Assembly: GCF_000143415.4 (NCBI RefSeq)
Contig: NW_003314295.1
Span: 186,001 to 250,000, forward strand
DNA: 64,000 nucleotides
Source of the DNA: Selaginella moellendorffii
Lineage: Eukaryota > Plantae > Lycopodiophyta
Reading direction: 5' to 3'
Shown: positions 37,676-49,756 of the stretch, piece by piece
How positions within the stretch are numbered: the stretch's first letter is position 1
How the letters are laid out: the number at the start of each line of letters is the position of its first letter
Program-made: the position numbers and the translations under genes
The notes under the pieces: generated by a model
What the model was told of the DNA's origin: nothing
Databases searched by the model: none
Seen by the model: only the letters and a program-made list of their open reading frames with translations

Positions 37676-40600
37676 TCAGAGTTCTCTTGAAGATGGGCCG
37701 GGATCCGGAGGAACGTCAGGAGGAGGCATCGGTGGATCTGTAGGTGGTATTAACTCCTCCTGATCCCTTTGTACGAAGTGTTTCAGCCGCTGCACATGCA
37801 CAATCTCTGGAGGATCGGCCTGCTGAACATCATGCCGAACCTCATAAACTTGTGGTCCAACTTGCCGCAACACTCGATACGGTCCTTTCCATTGCGCAAG
37901 AAGCCCCTTAAATAAACCACGTACCGTAAGATGGGGAAAACGGACTAACACCAAATCATCCACTTTGTACTCCGCATGTGGACGATGATGGGAGTTATAG
38001 CGCTGTTGTTGTCCCACTTGTACACGGCCTAAGTGTTCGGCAGACTCTGCTCGGACAAGTGGAAGAATGCTTGTCAAATACTGATCCCATGATCTAGCAT
38101 CGGCAGCTCGTGGCAATCGCGAAGGTAAACCCAGCTCCGTTGGTAATATTGGATCATGACCATATAGGAGTTTATATGGTGAAACACCAACAGAACTCTA
38201 CACCCTTGTAACATATGCATACCGAAGAGACGGCAAATAACCATCCCAATCCGAATGCTGAAAGTTCACATACTTCGCAATCATCCCTTTGAATGTCCGA
38301 ACAAGCCGTTCCACTAGACCGTCTGATTGTGGATGATAAGCACTTGTGAAAGTGTGGCGTATCCCCAACCGAGACGTCAAAACATGAAATGCCTCAGCCA
38401 TAAATGCGGGACCATTATCCGAAAGAATCCGCTCTGGACAAGAATGCTGGAACACCACTCGATTGAGGAGGAAGTATCCAACAGCAGTTGCAGAGGCACT
38501 AGCAAGAGCACCAACTTCCACCCAACGAGTCAAGTAGTCAAAAACAATAATAACATACTCATTGCCAGCAGTCGACCGTGGAAAAGGTCCCATAAGATCA
38601 AATGCCACTAACTCAAATGGACGGGAAACCGCAATTGACTCCAACCGTCCTTCCGCAGCACGAGGGGAAGTATTACGAGCTTGGCACCAAACGCAGCTAC
38701 GCACATACCGGATAATATCACGTCGCATCTCTGGCCAATAGAAAGACCTGTGCAGCTTCTCGGTAACACGACGGTGTCCCATATGCCCACCTAGGACAGG
38801 AGAATCATGGTAGGCATGGAGAAACCGCAGAATAAACACCGAAGGCACCACAAGCCGTAAATGATCATCAGGATCCGTCCCCACAAAATAAAGAAGGCCA
38901 TCTTCAAGGCGATATTGAGAATGTAAATGCCAGAAAGGCAAGTCATCAGCAAGTGATGCAGGATTCTCAAACCCATCTCAAAGCCTTTGAATCCATGGCT
39001 CAATCTTTTAAGCCTCGCGAACCTCATTAAGAGAAGGTAGATCTTGCTCTGCGCCTTGTGGACACTGAACGTCAAGGACAGCAACCGTCGACGGCACAGA
39101 ATCCTCATTTAGAAAATCCACAGATGCTGGAACAACAGGTTCGTCAGAAACATGAGAAGTGAGTGGAGAAGGAAGAGGAGCTCGAGAAAGGGCATCAGCA
39201 TCAGCCATAGAACTCCCTAGGCGATGAACAACATCGAAATCATATATCTGAAGTTTCAAAGCCCATCGAGCCGTACGACCAACCAGGTTCTTCCGCTTCA
39301 ATAATGAAGTAACAGCAGCATGGTCACCTTCAAGTAATGTCCGAGAACCATGTAGATATGCATGAAGTTTCTCGAAACCCCAGACTGCTGCTAAACACTC
39401 CTTCTCCGTCGTGGAGTAGTTCATCTCCGCTGGTTGTGATGTACGGCTTATGTATGCAATGGGGTGGCGCTGACCAGGCACACTCGAGCTCTCTTGCATC
39501 AATACACCTCCAAGACCAATGTCAGAAGCATCTACGCGCAAAATAAAAGGTCGAGTGTAGTCAGGATATGCCAAAACCGGAGGAGTCGTCAAGAGCTCCT
39601 TGAGATCCACGAACGCCCGCTCACAATCCGGAGACCAGATGAAAGATGACGTTGATGACTTCAGCAACGCTCACAATGGTGTAGTGCGATCGGAAAGATG
39701 ATCCATAAAACGACCGAGATACTGCACCTTACCCAAGAAGCGCTGCACATCATTCACACACTTCAGAGTAGGGAACTTTAGAACAGCCACAAGTTTGTCA
39801 GGATCAACTTGCAAACCCTCACGAGAAATACGGTACCCAAGATAAGTTGTGTCCTTGGACCCAAACACGCATTTTGACCGCTTCAGCTTTAAACCAACAT
39901 CACGTAGCCGATCCAACACTTTACAAACATCATGAACGTGCTCCTCCCACGTCCCCTCCGAGTGGATCAAGACATCATCAATGAAGTCAGCAGTCACTTC
40001 CGGCATATCGCAAAGAACCTCGTCCATCATCCGCTGGAAAGTTGCTGGAGCATTGTTCAAACCAAACGGCATCACCAAGAACTCATACAAACCAAATGGT
40101 GTACAAAAAGCAGTCTTAGGAATATCTTCTTCGGCCATCGGTACTTGCCAATACCCAGAAGCAAGATCTAGCTTGGTGAACCAACGACTTCGCCCTAGAC
40201 GATCTAAGAGATCAGCAGTGTGAGGAAGAGGATACACATCTGGGATCGTCACTTCGTTTAACGGACGATAGTCGATGCAGAAACGAATACTCCCATCAAG
40301 CTTTGTCACAAGATGAGGTTCACATGCCCAAGGACTCCGCGACTTCCGAATAACACCCTTCTCCAGCATTTCCTTGACGTTGGCTCGTAAAATCTTGATC
40401 TCCTTAGGTGACCGATGACGAACAGGAACCTTGATTGGACGAGCATCCCCAGTTGGAATCAGATGACGTGTGGCAATCTTGGCCCCAGATGATAGGTCAA
40501 ATTCAAAGAGATCAGAATACTCCTTCATGAGCCGGTCAACTGCTGCAACACAAAGATCGTCGAAGGGATCGGAAAAGGGAAAAGCAGAACAAGATGGAAA

Positions 40601-41164
40601 CACAAAAGGAAAGAGTGGGGGAACAAAAGTAATGGAAGCAGAGGTAGAAGTAGAGGGACGAAGAGGTATGGAAGTGAGAGGAATGGATGAAACATAAGGA
40701 AGTATGAGACAAGGGGGAGAAGCCTCAAAGTCATACTTGGCATAATTGTGCTACAACCAATCCATACCAAGAATGAGGTCAAAAGCTTGACTCGGCACCA
40801 CCCGCAACGACTGCAACTCAAGCTCGAGATCGCCCACACGCACAACCAGGTCCACCTCATCCCGTGCACATGCATGTGTACGGCTGTTGCCATAAAGAAT
40901 GAAAACTGGTTCCGCCGCACGACGCAAGTGTAGACGACAATGTGTGGTAACAGGTCGAGCAATAGAAGATAAACTCGAACCTGTATCAACCAACACGGAG
41001 AGAATAATAGGAGACCGCTTGTTATAAAAACGAGCTTGGAAAGTAAACACGGGATGAACCGGTGCCGAGTGAACCCCTTGATGATACTCCCGAAAGAAAG
41101 ATGGAGGGGTCACTGATTTATTCGCGCAAGGTCCCTCCATTACTCGCGCGACTCCTCGTTTCCC
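37676..41164 (-). pseudogene. pol: pol (PR-RT-RH-INT) in the -1 frame relative to gag; a single frame with premature stops
   Basis: PR LVDTGSS; RT FIDD; stops at 40751, 39671, 39008, ~38978 and 38198, all explicable by C>T/G>A transitions. Confidence 0.9.
41101..41164 (-). other. -1 programmed ribosomal frameshift signal (G GGA AAC + H-type pseudoknot)
   Basis: Heptamer at 41164-41158 in gag phase; 6-nt spacer; stem 1 TCGCGCGAG/CTTGCGCGA; stem 2 ATGGAGGG/CCCTCCAT. Confidence 0.85.
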
Positions 41165-42072
41165 AGATGCATCTCGGTGTCCAGACCTTCCACTGCAGCA
41201 GCACCCATGGGACGTTGCTGACGCCAAGGTCTCCACCCAGGAAATGGAGGTCGCCAATCCGGAAAACAACAGCAACGCCGATAAGTATGACCAACTTCAT
41301 CACACGCCCAGCAGCGAACATCACGGCCACGACCACGTCCTCGCGCTTGTCCTTGGACTCGAGCAGCAGCTGCATCAACCTCCATTGGAACAGGAACATC
41401 ACCCATAGGAAGTGGAGCGGAAGGACGTGCAGCGAGAAGTGGAAGAGGCGACGTCTCATAACGTTGTACCAAGCGAAGAGCATCGTCAAGGGTGGTAGGA
41501 GCAAGTGCATGCACAAGTCCGACAAGATCTTGACGAAGTGCTGGCCACAACATTCCTAGCTTGATCCGCTCCGACATATTTGGCTCCGCACGAAACAAAA
41601 GACTTCGGAAACGAACGCCAAATTGCATCACCAACTCAGATGGCCCTTGGCGAAGACGATACAATTGTTGGAAAGCATCATCACAATCATCGGCATGTCC
41701 GAAGGCGCGTTTGAAGACGTCCGGGAGAACACTCCAATCCCCACGAGTGGCTGCGCTCAAACCATTGTACCACTGCAACGCCGTCCCTTGGAGACATGTG
41801 GGAAACTCACGCAAACGTCGAGCATCATCCCAAGAATGATATGTGGCAATCACCGTGAAGTGATCGAACCAATGGTACACATCATCCCCAGGATTCCCGC
41901 GAAAGAACTCCGGCCGAACGCGAGGATTAGCACCAAGAGCAGGAGGAGTTGTACCACGTGCCGTGAACGCCGCCATCAACTGAGTTTGGTTGTTCAATTG
42001 CAAGCGCATAGCATCAAGCAATTGTACCAACTGCTGCTCTAGAGTCAAAGGAGGAGATTGTTGATCTGCCAT
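41140..42072 (-). CDS. gag: Gag (retrotransposon gag domain + CCHC knuckle), intact ORF
   Basis: PEFFRGNPGDDVYHWF...LRQGPSE...CWACDEVGHTYRRC. Confidence 0.88.
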   Translation of the reverse strand: MADQQSPPLTLEQQLVQLLDAMRLQLNNQTQLMAAFTARGTTPPALGANPRVRPEFFRGNPGDDVYHWFDHFTVIATYHSWDDARRLREFPTCLQGTALQWYNGLSAATRGDWSVLPDVFKRAFGHADDCDDAFQQLYRLRQGPSELVMQFGVRFRSLLFRAEPNMSERIKLGMLWPALRQDLVGLVHALAPTTLDDALRLVQRYETSPLPLLAARPSAPLPMGDVPVPMEVDAAAARVQGQARGRGRGRDVRCWACDEVGHTYRRCCCFPDWRPPFPGWRPWRQQRPMGAAAVEGLDTEMHLGNEESRE

Positions 42073-43740
42073 GAAGATGAACAAAAAAGAAAGAGCAAAA
42101 GAAGAGAGATGACAAAAAGCTAGAAGGAAATGGTAGATCTAGACAATGCAAAAAGCTAAATCTAAACCAAAAGAAAGAACAAAAGAAAGGAAATGGAAAA
42201 AGCTAGATCTAGACAATGCAAAAGCTAGATCTAAACTAAAATCCCAAATCCAAGCATTCCTCAGGGACAATCAAAGGTGCCCTTCATCTCCACCAATGTG
42301 AGCGCCTGGAATATGGAAAGGGAATACAGAAATGTGCATATCAATTAGCCCAAAAACCCTAGCTTATATACAGGAGCGAGTGGTCTAGATTGAAACCAAT
42401 CCGACGGCTACCAAAATCCCACTACGCTAATATTAGTATACGGCATTGTAACCGTACACTTGGCCCTCACATGAGTTAATTTTAAAAGTCAGAAATTTAG
42501 TTTATTTGGAAAGTTTAAAGATTAGATTTATTATTAAATTTCTCTTATAAAAAATTCATTATTATTCTTCTCGTCTAATATTTTAACAAATGAAAATGTT
42601 AAGCAGATCATGAAAATCAACATATAGTATGTATTAATTTATTTCATATGTTATGTATGTACTTTAAAAAGATTTACAAGATTGTTTTTGAACAATGTTT
42701 CTATCTTAGTAAGACATCATTAAAAACTTATTTTCGTCTAGGCCAGCAGAGCTGGATTCCTTGCTAGTTCATTAATATATTTTTGAAAATGAAGCTATAA
42801 ATTTTGATTGGAAACTTTGGATTGCCGTGTTTTCATTTTTTAATCATACATTTATATTAGTAAAACATCACAAATCTTTCTCGTAACTACCTAATATCAG
42901 CTTTGTCAATATCTGACTTCTAGATAGAAAAATCACGATGTACTTATTCTCTGATCCTCACTAAATCACATCTCTCGCAATCGTCACCAAATGACATCTC
43001 TCGCTACTTTGCATGGTCACCTGCCACTCCAGGCTGAGCGTGTTGGGATATATCAAAAAATTTGTGTAACTTTACTCGCAAGCCAAGGAGAACTAAACAA
43101 TCTTAGCTGCACTTTGAGTTGAAGTTGTCCAAGCCTGATCAAGCCCGTCCTGGCTTGACCTCGAATGCACAAAATGATAGGCAGTAGCCACAAAGAAAGT
43201 TTGACATCATGCAAACACTCACTGAATACGCATCATGAAGCTCTAACTTTAGAATAGATGAGACACAAGCCTAGACAAACTGCTTCCTCTGCAGAAAAGC
43301 GGGAAAAATACACAAGATAAATCAACCATTCCACTGATGCTTTAGGCTCTTACATTCTGAAGAAGCAAAAGATGGGTGCGTGTGTGAGTATCATTGTCAT
43401 ATGTTTGCTTAACACTTGAATTTGTCGCTAAATAAACAAGTAAAGAATATTTTATAAATAGTACAGCTATGGATGTCAGAGTGCGAAGTGAGATTGGAAT
43501 TTTGGAAGTCCCTTTCATCTTGGTCCACAAAAAAGCTCGAATATAGCCTTTAGGCCTCGCATGCTCCTTGTGAACAGCACATAAAGCAATGGACACTCCT
43601 GTATTTCTAAGACGGCGGAGGCTCTGAAGGATCCAGCAATGGCAAGATGCAGCCATCAAACCTGAAATTTAGGGCGGCCCTAAAAGGAAAAGGGGAAAAG
43701 GGACGTATAAAAGGAGTTTCGTAGGTTCTCTATTAGTAAA

Positions 43741-45726
43741 ATGATGATTCCCGAGGATAGGATCCCGGGAGTGGGATGGAATCCGCGCGTGGGCGATCGT
43801 GTGGCCGACTGGTTCCGCAGCAGCATTGGCACCAGATTGGTGGGGCTTGTGAGGGCAGCGTTCGATTGGTTTGGGCTCGAGATAGATCGCCCGGCGGGGG
43901 CGTGGTTTTTCGATGTCATGCCCGACGGAACAGTCTCTTGTACTCTGTCTGAGCTCAAGTGTGGCCATTGCTCGTGTTCTTAGCGCTCCTGTGCCAGACA
44001 CCTTCTTGCTCCATTGCCACTGACTACTTCATGCGCCAGCGACAAGATTGTTCTTGGCGGCAGCAATCGCGCCCAGAATCGCGATTGCTCTTCTCCACCC
44101 TTCTTTGCACTGTAACCGGGCTTGCCGAGGTGAGCTTTTCTCGTTTCTAGTTTTTCCTTTTCAGATTCTAACTCTCCCTTGCAGCTCGATCAATCGACTT
44201 TCCAAGCCAGTGAAGTAATGGCATAAGCATGCATTTCTTCCCTTTCTCCTGTGCTAGCTTTCAAGATTAACTCTCTTTTTTCTCTCTTTTCAGATGTTGT
44301 GAGCATCGCAAAACGGATTCCCTCCACCCCCACATCTGCCTTATAGACGCCGCTTCTACGTGAGCGACCCAATGAGTAGCCTCTTTTTCACCTGGCTGCT
44401 GCTTCAGCACCAAAGCATCAAGCAGCCCTTCGAGTGGCTTGACGCTTTGAAAGCTCAAGCCATAGCCGGCGGTGCCGGGCAGCATGACAAGCTCATGCTC
44501 TTGCTTCTACACACTTACGCTAGTAGCTTCGTGCCGCTTAGTTTGAAGTGGATCAAGTGGTGCAACGATCTTTTCCATGAACTCCCACGGATAGAGTGGA
44601 AGTCTGTGGACGTCAGCTTTGGTGTCCGGCAGATATTGGAGGCAAGTCGTCCAAACTAAAACGATGGTGCTGTTTCTAATCGAAAAGTCTCGCTTGTTTT
44701 TTTTTTGTCCAGGAGCTCATGGCTGCTGGAGAACACGAATCATGGGACGCAAGCATTTGCGAGCGTCTCAACCACTGGGTTTCCGTGCACTCGTCATCCC
44801 ACCGCAATTCTGGTTTTATCACAGTGGATGCAAGCGTGTTGGTTGGTCAGCTTCTGTATGGCTGGATGCTGACAATGAAAGGACAGAGCAACCATGCCAT
44901 GCTCCTGGAACTTTGCTTCACGACCAAGAAGTCGATTGTGGAGCACGCCCAGTCTCTAGCAGCGGAATCCAGCAAGGAACGGGATCGGCTCCTCCACGCC
45001 GCTGCCACTGTCTTTGGCAAGGAATTCAGCAGCAACTTTGTGATACTGTGCGAGAATCCACAGTGGAAGGAATCTGGCATGACCCGTTTCTCGGTGAGAA
45101 CACAGAGAGCTTGGAAGGGACAGTTTTTGGGTCCGACACCCCAGGACGAGCAAGTTATAAGCAAGCACAGAGATTTTCCACCTCAGCTCTGCGACATGAT
45201 CCTCTACCTAGTTTATGTAAGTATATGATATCTTGTGGGAGGTGCTTACAACTTTTTCCTTTTGCGTCTGGTGGAGTTGATCTTTGAAGATTGCATGCGT
45301 CTGAATGCTGATCGTGAACGGTGGAAGGAAGACTGTGAGTAAAATCTATTTGGAGAAAAATGCTAACCATTCTACTCTTGTCATTTGCAGGCGAGATGCT
45401 ACTGTGTAGTTCCCCCAGCTCGTTTAATAGCTACATTGGCAAAAGGGATATTTGTGTCTTCCAAGGGACAAATGTGTGCCAGCCAGGGACACATCCCAGG
45501 CAAAGAACCACGGGGCAAGCAAAGAAAATGGCAATTGAAACCACGCCCTTCTACTGAGAAGACACCAAGACATGTTTTTCCTTATGTTCTTCTTCAAGGA
45601 CAAGTTCTTCCTTGGAGATGGCAGGATATTTCCCTCCGCAACAGAGGTCTCCTAAGCAAACCACACAGCGCACAACTACCCCACTATTTACCAGTGAGCA
45701 AGAAAATTGAATACAGAACTGCTTAG
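43741..45726 (+). pseudogene. Multi-exon gene of unknown family, probably pseudogenised
   Basis: GC-richer exon-like ORFs (43741, 43959, 44360, 44719, 45391) linked by pyrimidine-rich introns. In-frame TGA at 44300 and an apparent frameshift near 43960. Confidence 0.5.
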
Positions 45727-45908
45727 TGGTAGAACTGCTTAGAGACATGAGCAAAACACATGTGAAACTCTTCCAATTCTCTTCCTTCCTTCTCCTTTCA
45801 ACTATGAAGCTTGACCATGCATTTGCTAAGTGTTTGAACTTGTGGATTGGAGTGATGTGATTCGAATTGAAGTATAAATTAGTGTGGACAAGAAAGGCCA
45901 AAGGAAAA

Positions 45909-48900
45909 TGTAAGGAACTGACTCCCCGAGATGTCGTAGGCTAAAGGATCCCCGAAAGCATGACCAAAATAACAAAGAGTTCATCGGATGGGACCGAGTC
46001 GAAGATCGAGTCCAAGACCGACTTTGAGATTGAGTTCAAGATAGAGTCTGGGATCGAGCCCGAGGCCGAATCCGAAACCGAGTTCGAGACCGAGTTCGAG
46101 ACAAAGTCCGATATCCAAATCGGGTCTGAGACCGAGTCCAAGGTCAAATCTGAAGTCGAGTTCGAGATCAGGTCTAAGATCGAGTCCACATGCCTTCATA
46201 TCAGGTTTGCAAACCTGGGCTTGCGGTGAGATGATGCGGTGGAACCCAACCAACTACAAGGAAGCGTTGGATGCGGCCATTAAGGTGCATTTCAACGATA
46301 ACCTACGAAAGAGGAACACGACAGGGTCGGGATCCACGTTTAGCAAAGGGGCCAAACCAAGAGGAACGTATAGCAGAGGGAAATTCAAGAAGAGTTTATC
46401 TAAGAATGAGTCCTCGGGGTTCCGGAAAGGCAAATCCGGTGGCCAGCGAGCGAGTACGTGGGGGAGTCAAGCGAAAAGAGACAAACCCACAGATAAAAAG
46501 GTCAAGTCATATAGCAGTGTGGGAAATAACATATGCTACAACTGCAGTGAAGCAGGACACTTTTCGAGGGAATGTCTCCACCCGAAGAAGGCCAGAGCCA
46601 ATATGGCCATCAAGTTGGGTGTAGTCCAAACTGAGGTATGTGATCTAGTCCCTAACTCAAAGTTACTCATTACACGAGCAACTTTGGTAGAGAGTCATTC
46701 GCGACATCTACTAGCCCTCCGAGGGAAGCTCGGAGGCAGCTTTGTTAAAATCCTTATTGACACGGGTGTTTCAGATAATTTTGTGGCTGCAGACATAGTT
46801 CGGCAAGCCGGACTAACGATGCAGCGGCTATGCGAACCAAGGACTATAGAGTTTGTTCAAGGTAGCCAAAGCACCAATGAGGTTCTTCGACAAGTGAGAG
46901 TCGAAGTAGGGACATGAAAAGTAGACATGGATTTCACCGTGTTGGACATGGCAGGATTTGATGTGATTTTTGGAATGGATTGCTTCAATCGGTTCGTGGT
47001 AGCTCTGCATGGACAAGGTAGGAACCTTGTGGTACTAGCGAATGCCCAAGGAAGAAGATCTAGGATCTAAAGGTAGGGCAAAGCAAGGCCAAAGAGTCCT
47101 GCTTAAACCTAGTGTCCACGAGAGGACAACTCACTAAAGGAACTAAGGCAGCCTTTTTGTGTTTACTCTCGGTGAAGAGTGACAAAAAGACAGGAACGGA
47201 AGAAGTACCTTTAGTGATCCAGCGGGTGTTGGACCAATTCCAGGATACCATGCCGGAGGAGCTATCGGCGGGGTTGCCCCCTGCACGACCGATAGAACAT
47301 AAGATTGAGTTGGTCGAGGGTGCTGAGGCGGTGGTTCATCCCCCCTATCGTTTGAACGAAAAAGAACTCAAGGAGCTCAAGTGCCAACTAGAGGAGTTGG
47401 TGGACAAAGGGTATGTTAGGTTAAGCAAGTCGCCGTATGAGGCGCCAGTGTTATTTGTGAAAAAGAAAGATGAATCTATGCGCATGTGCATAGATTACCA
47501 GTTGCTCAACAAGTATACAAAGAAGAACAAGTACCCTTTGCCAAGGATTGAGGACCTATTCGATAGGTTGGGAAAGGCAAAATACTTCTCGAGGATTGAC
47601 CTAAGGTCAGGATACTACTAAATCAGGGTAGCCAAGGAAGATGACAACCTGTCAAACGAGGTATGGGAGCTTTGAGTTTCTGGTGATGCCCTTTGGGCTG
47701 TGCAATGCGCTAGTAACGTTTTCGGCATTGATGAACCATATCTTTGTACCCTATTTGGATCACTTCGTAGTCTTCTATATTGACGACATCCTGATCTATA
47801 GCGAGATGCTAGAGGAGCATGCCGAACACATGGCAAAGGTGTTTGAAAAACTAAGGGAACACAAACTGTATGCTAAAGAGAGCAAATGTGATTTTGCTCA
47901 ACAAGAGGTAAAGTTTCTCGGGAATGTGGTGCGCCAGGATGGGCTCAAGGTGGACCCGGAGAAGGTCCAAGCGATCCAGGAATGGGAGCGACCATCGAAT
48001 GTACATGAGTTGAGGGCGTTCTTGGGGCTATGCAACTACTACCGAAAGTTTATCAGACACTATTCAAGAGTAGCCCTACCCTTAACGGACCAAACAGGAA
48101 AAGGGAAGATGGTATGGACAGCGGAATGCGAGGTGGCATTCGTCCACCTCAAAGGGAAGTTGAGGAAGGCTCCCGTGTTGGCATTACCAGACTTTGGTAA
48201 GGACTTTGAGGTAGAAACGGATGCTTCGGACTTTGCGTTGGGCGCAGTTTTGAAGCAAGACAACCATCCAGTAGTGTTCTTCTCGAAGAAGTTGGACAAG
48301 GCTCAAAGGAAGTGGCCTGCCCACGAGAAGGAATTGTTTGCAGTGGTCAAGGCACTCAAGGAGGGCGACACTACCTTGGGAGACACTTCAAGGTTTACAC
48401 GGACAATGTGGCAACGAAACACTTCTTGTCACAGCCCGACCTGAGAGGGAAACAGGGTCGGTGGGCCAATGCCTTGGCCGAGTTTGATTGCGAGATTCTG
48501 TACAAGCCTGGGAAAAGCAACATCGTGATGGATGTGCTAAGTCGAAAAGCGAGCTTGAGGTTGGCGATATCCAGCGCGACAGCAACCTTTTGGGACGATG
48601 TGCGGACAGCATATGAGAATGATGGTCTAGCACAAGAAGTGTTGCTAAGGAATCTAGAGGCACGAGAAGCTCACCAGAGAGGTGAGCTACCAACGGAAAA
48701 GAAAATGGGCTATGTGGAACGCAACGGACTCATCTATTACAAGCAAACAAGGGTGTATGTTCCAGAAGGGGAACTAAGGAAGGTAGCCTTAGAAGAGTGT
48801 CATGACGGACCTTTTGCGGGACACGGTGGAGTGCCCAAGACGATGGGCTTACTCAAAAGGAAGTACTATTGGCCAGATATGGCTAAGGATGTCCAAGACT

Positions 48901-49756
48901 ATGTAAAGACATGTCTAACATGTCAGCAGGTCAAAGCCGTGACTAAGGCTAGTGGGGGCTTGTTGCAAAGCATCCCAATTCCAGATCGTCAATGGAAATG
49001 TCTTACGATGGACTTCATCACGGGACTCCCCCCAAGCAAGGAGTTTGATGAGATATTCGTGGTGGTGGACTGATTTTTGAAAACTCTCCAGTAGGGCTTC
49101 CAAACCGACTTGAGGTTGAGACTGGGGCCGAGGGGCCTTGGGTGGGAGTGAGCATGGGCTTGGGTGATGCCGGAGGGGCCACCCAGGGAAGTGCTCAAGA
49201 GCAGCTCCCACTCCCGAAAGGGAAACTGACAGCGGTGCTCCTGACTCATGTGGAGTGGTGCCCCACTTGAGTACCTTGTGGCTCATTGGTCCTCGCCCTT
49301 CCTAGGGGCTTGGGCCTTCCCTTCGGGATGGAAGTGGGGTGGTAGAGGTACCTATATCGAGCCGTTAGGCCACGGTGTTTCGCCCTGATGTCCCGAAGCA
49401 AGTGTTGCACCCAAGGCTTGGGATTTAGAGGGTCCCATAATCAAGTCTTGTTGTACCAAGGGGTGTTAGGAACCTGGAGGCTTGGTGTGCTTGGCTGCTT
49501 GTGCTGTGGGGAGTGTAGCCGAACCTTAAGTCCAGTCTAACCCGGGGAGGGGGATTGGGAGAGATTTGGGAATCCGTAGATGGATGGCTAACACTTCGTT
49601 GCTCGTGCAGCGAGTAGCTGAAACCATGTAGGACCAAGTAGGAGCTGGTACAATAGGCGGGAACCTTGGCGAGGGAACTTAGCACAAGCCAAGGCAGTGT
49701 TGGTCAAATAGACGAGGTAAGCTGGCAAATTGGAAAAGAAAAATTTGTGGCTTACA
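45909..49756 (+). mobile_element. Family D chromoviral Gypsy copy with internal deletions (LTR start + array, gag 3', PR, RT, RH, INT 5', LTR 3' half)
   Basis: TGTAAGG start; CYNCSEAGHFSREC; LIDTG; YIDD; HDGPFAGHGG...CLTC. 49076-49756 matches 18340-19092 and ends CTTACA. Confidence 0.9.

Larger units (their letters stand above)
37469..42471 (-). mobile_element. Full-length 5003-bp Ty3/Gypsy element (copy 2): 175-bp LTRs, tRNA-Ala PBS, 4-bp TSD TGAG
   Basis: LTRs 37469-37643 and 42297-42471 (4 differences, all transitions); TSD at 37465-37468 and 42472-42475; PBS TGGTGGAGATG at 42285-42295; PPT at ~37647-37658; order gag-PR-RT-RH-INT; no chromodomain. Confidence 0.97.
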
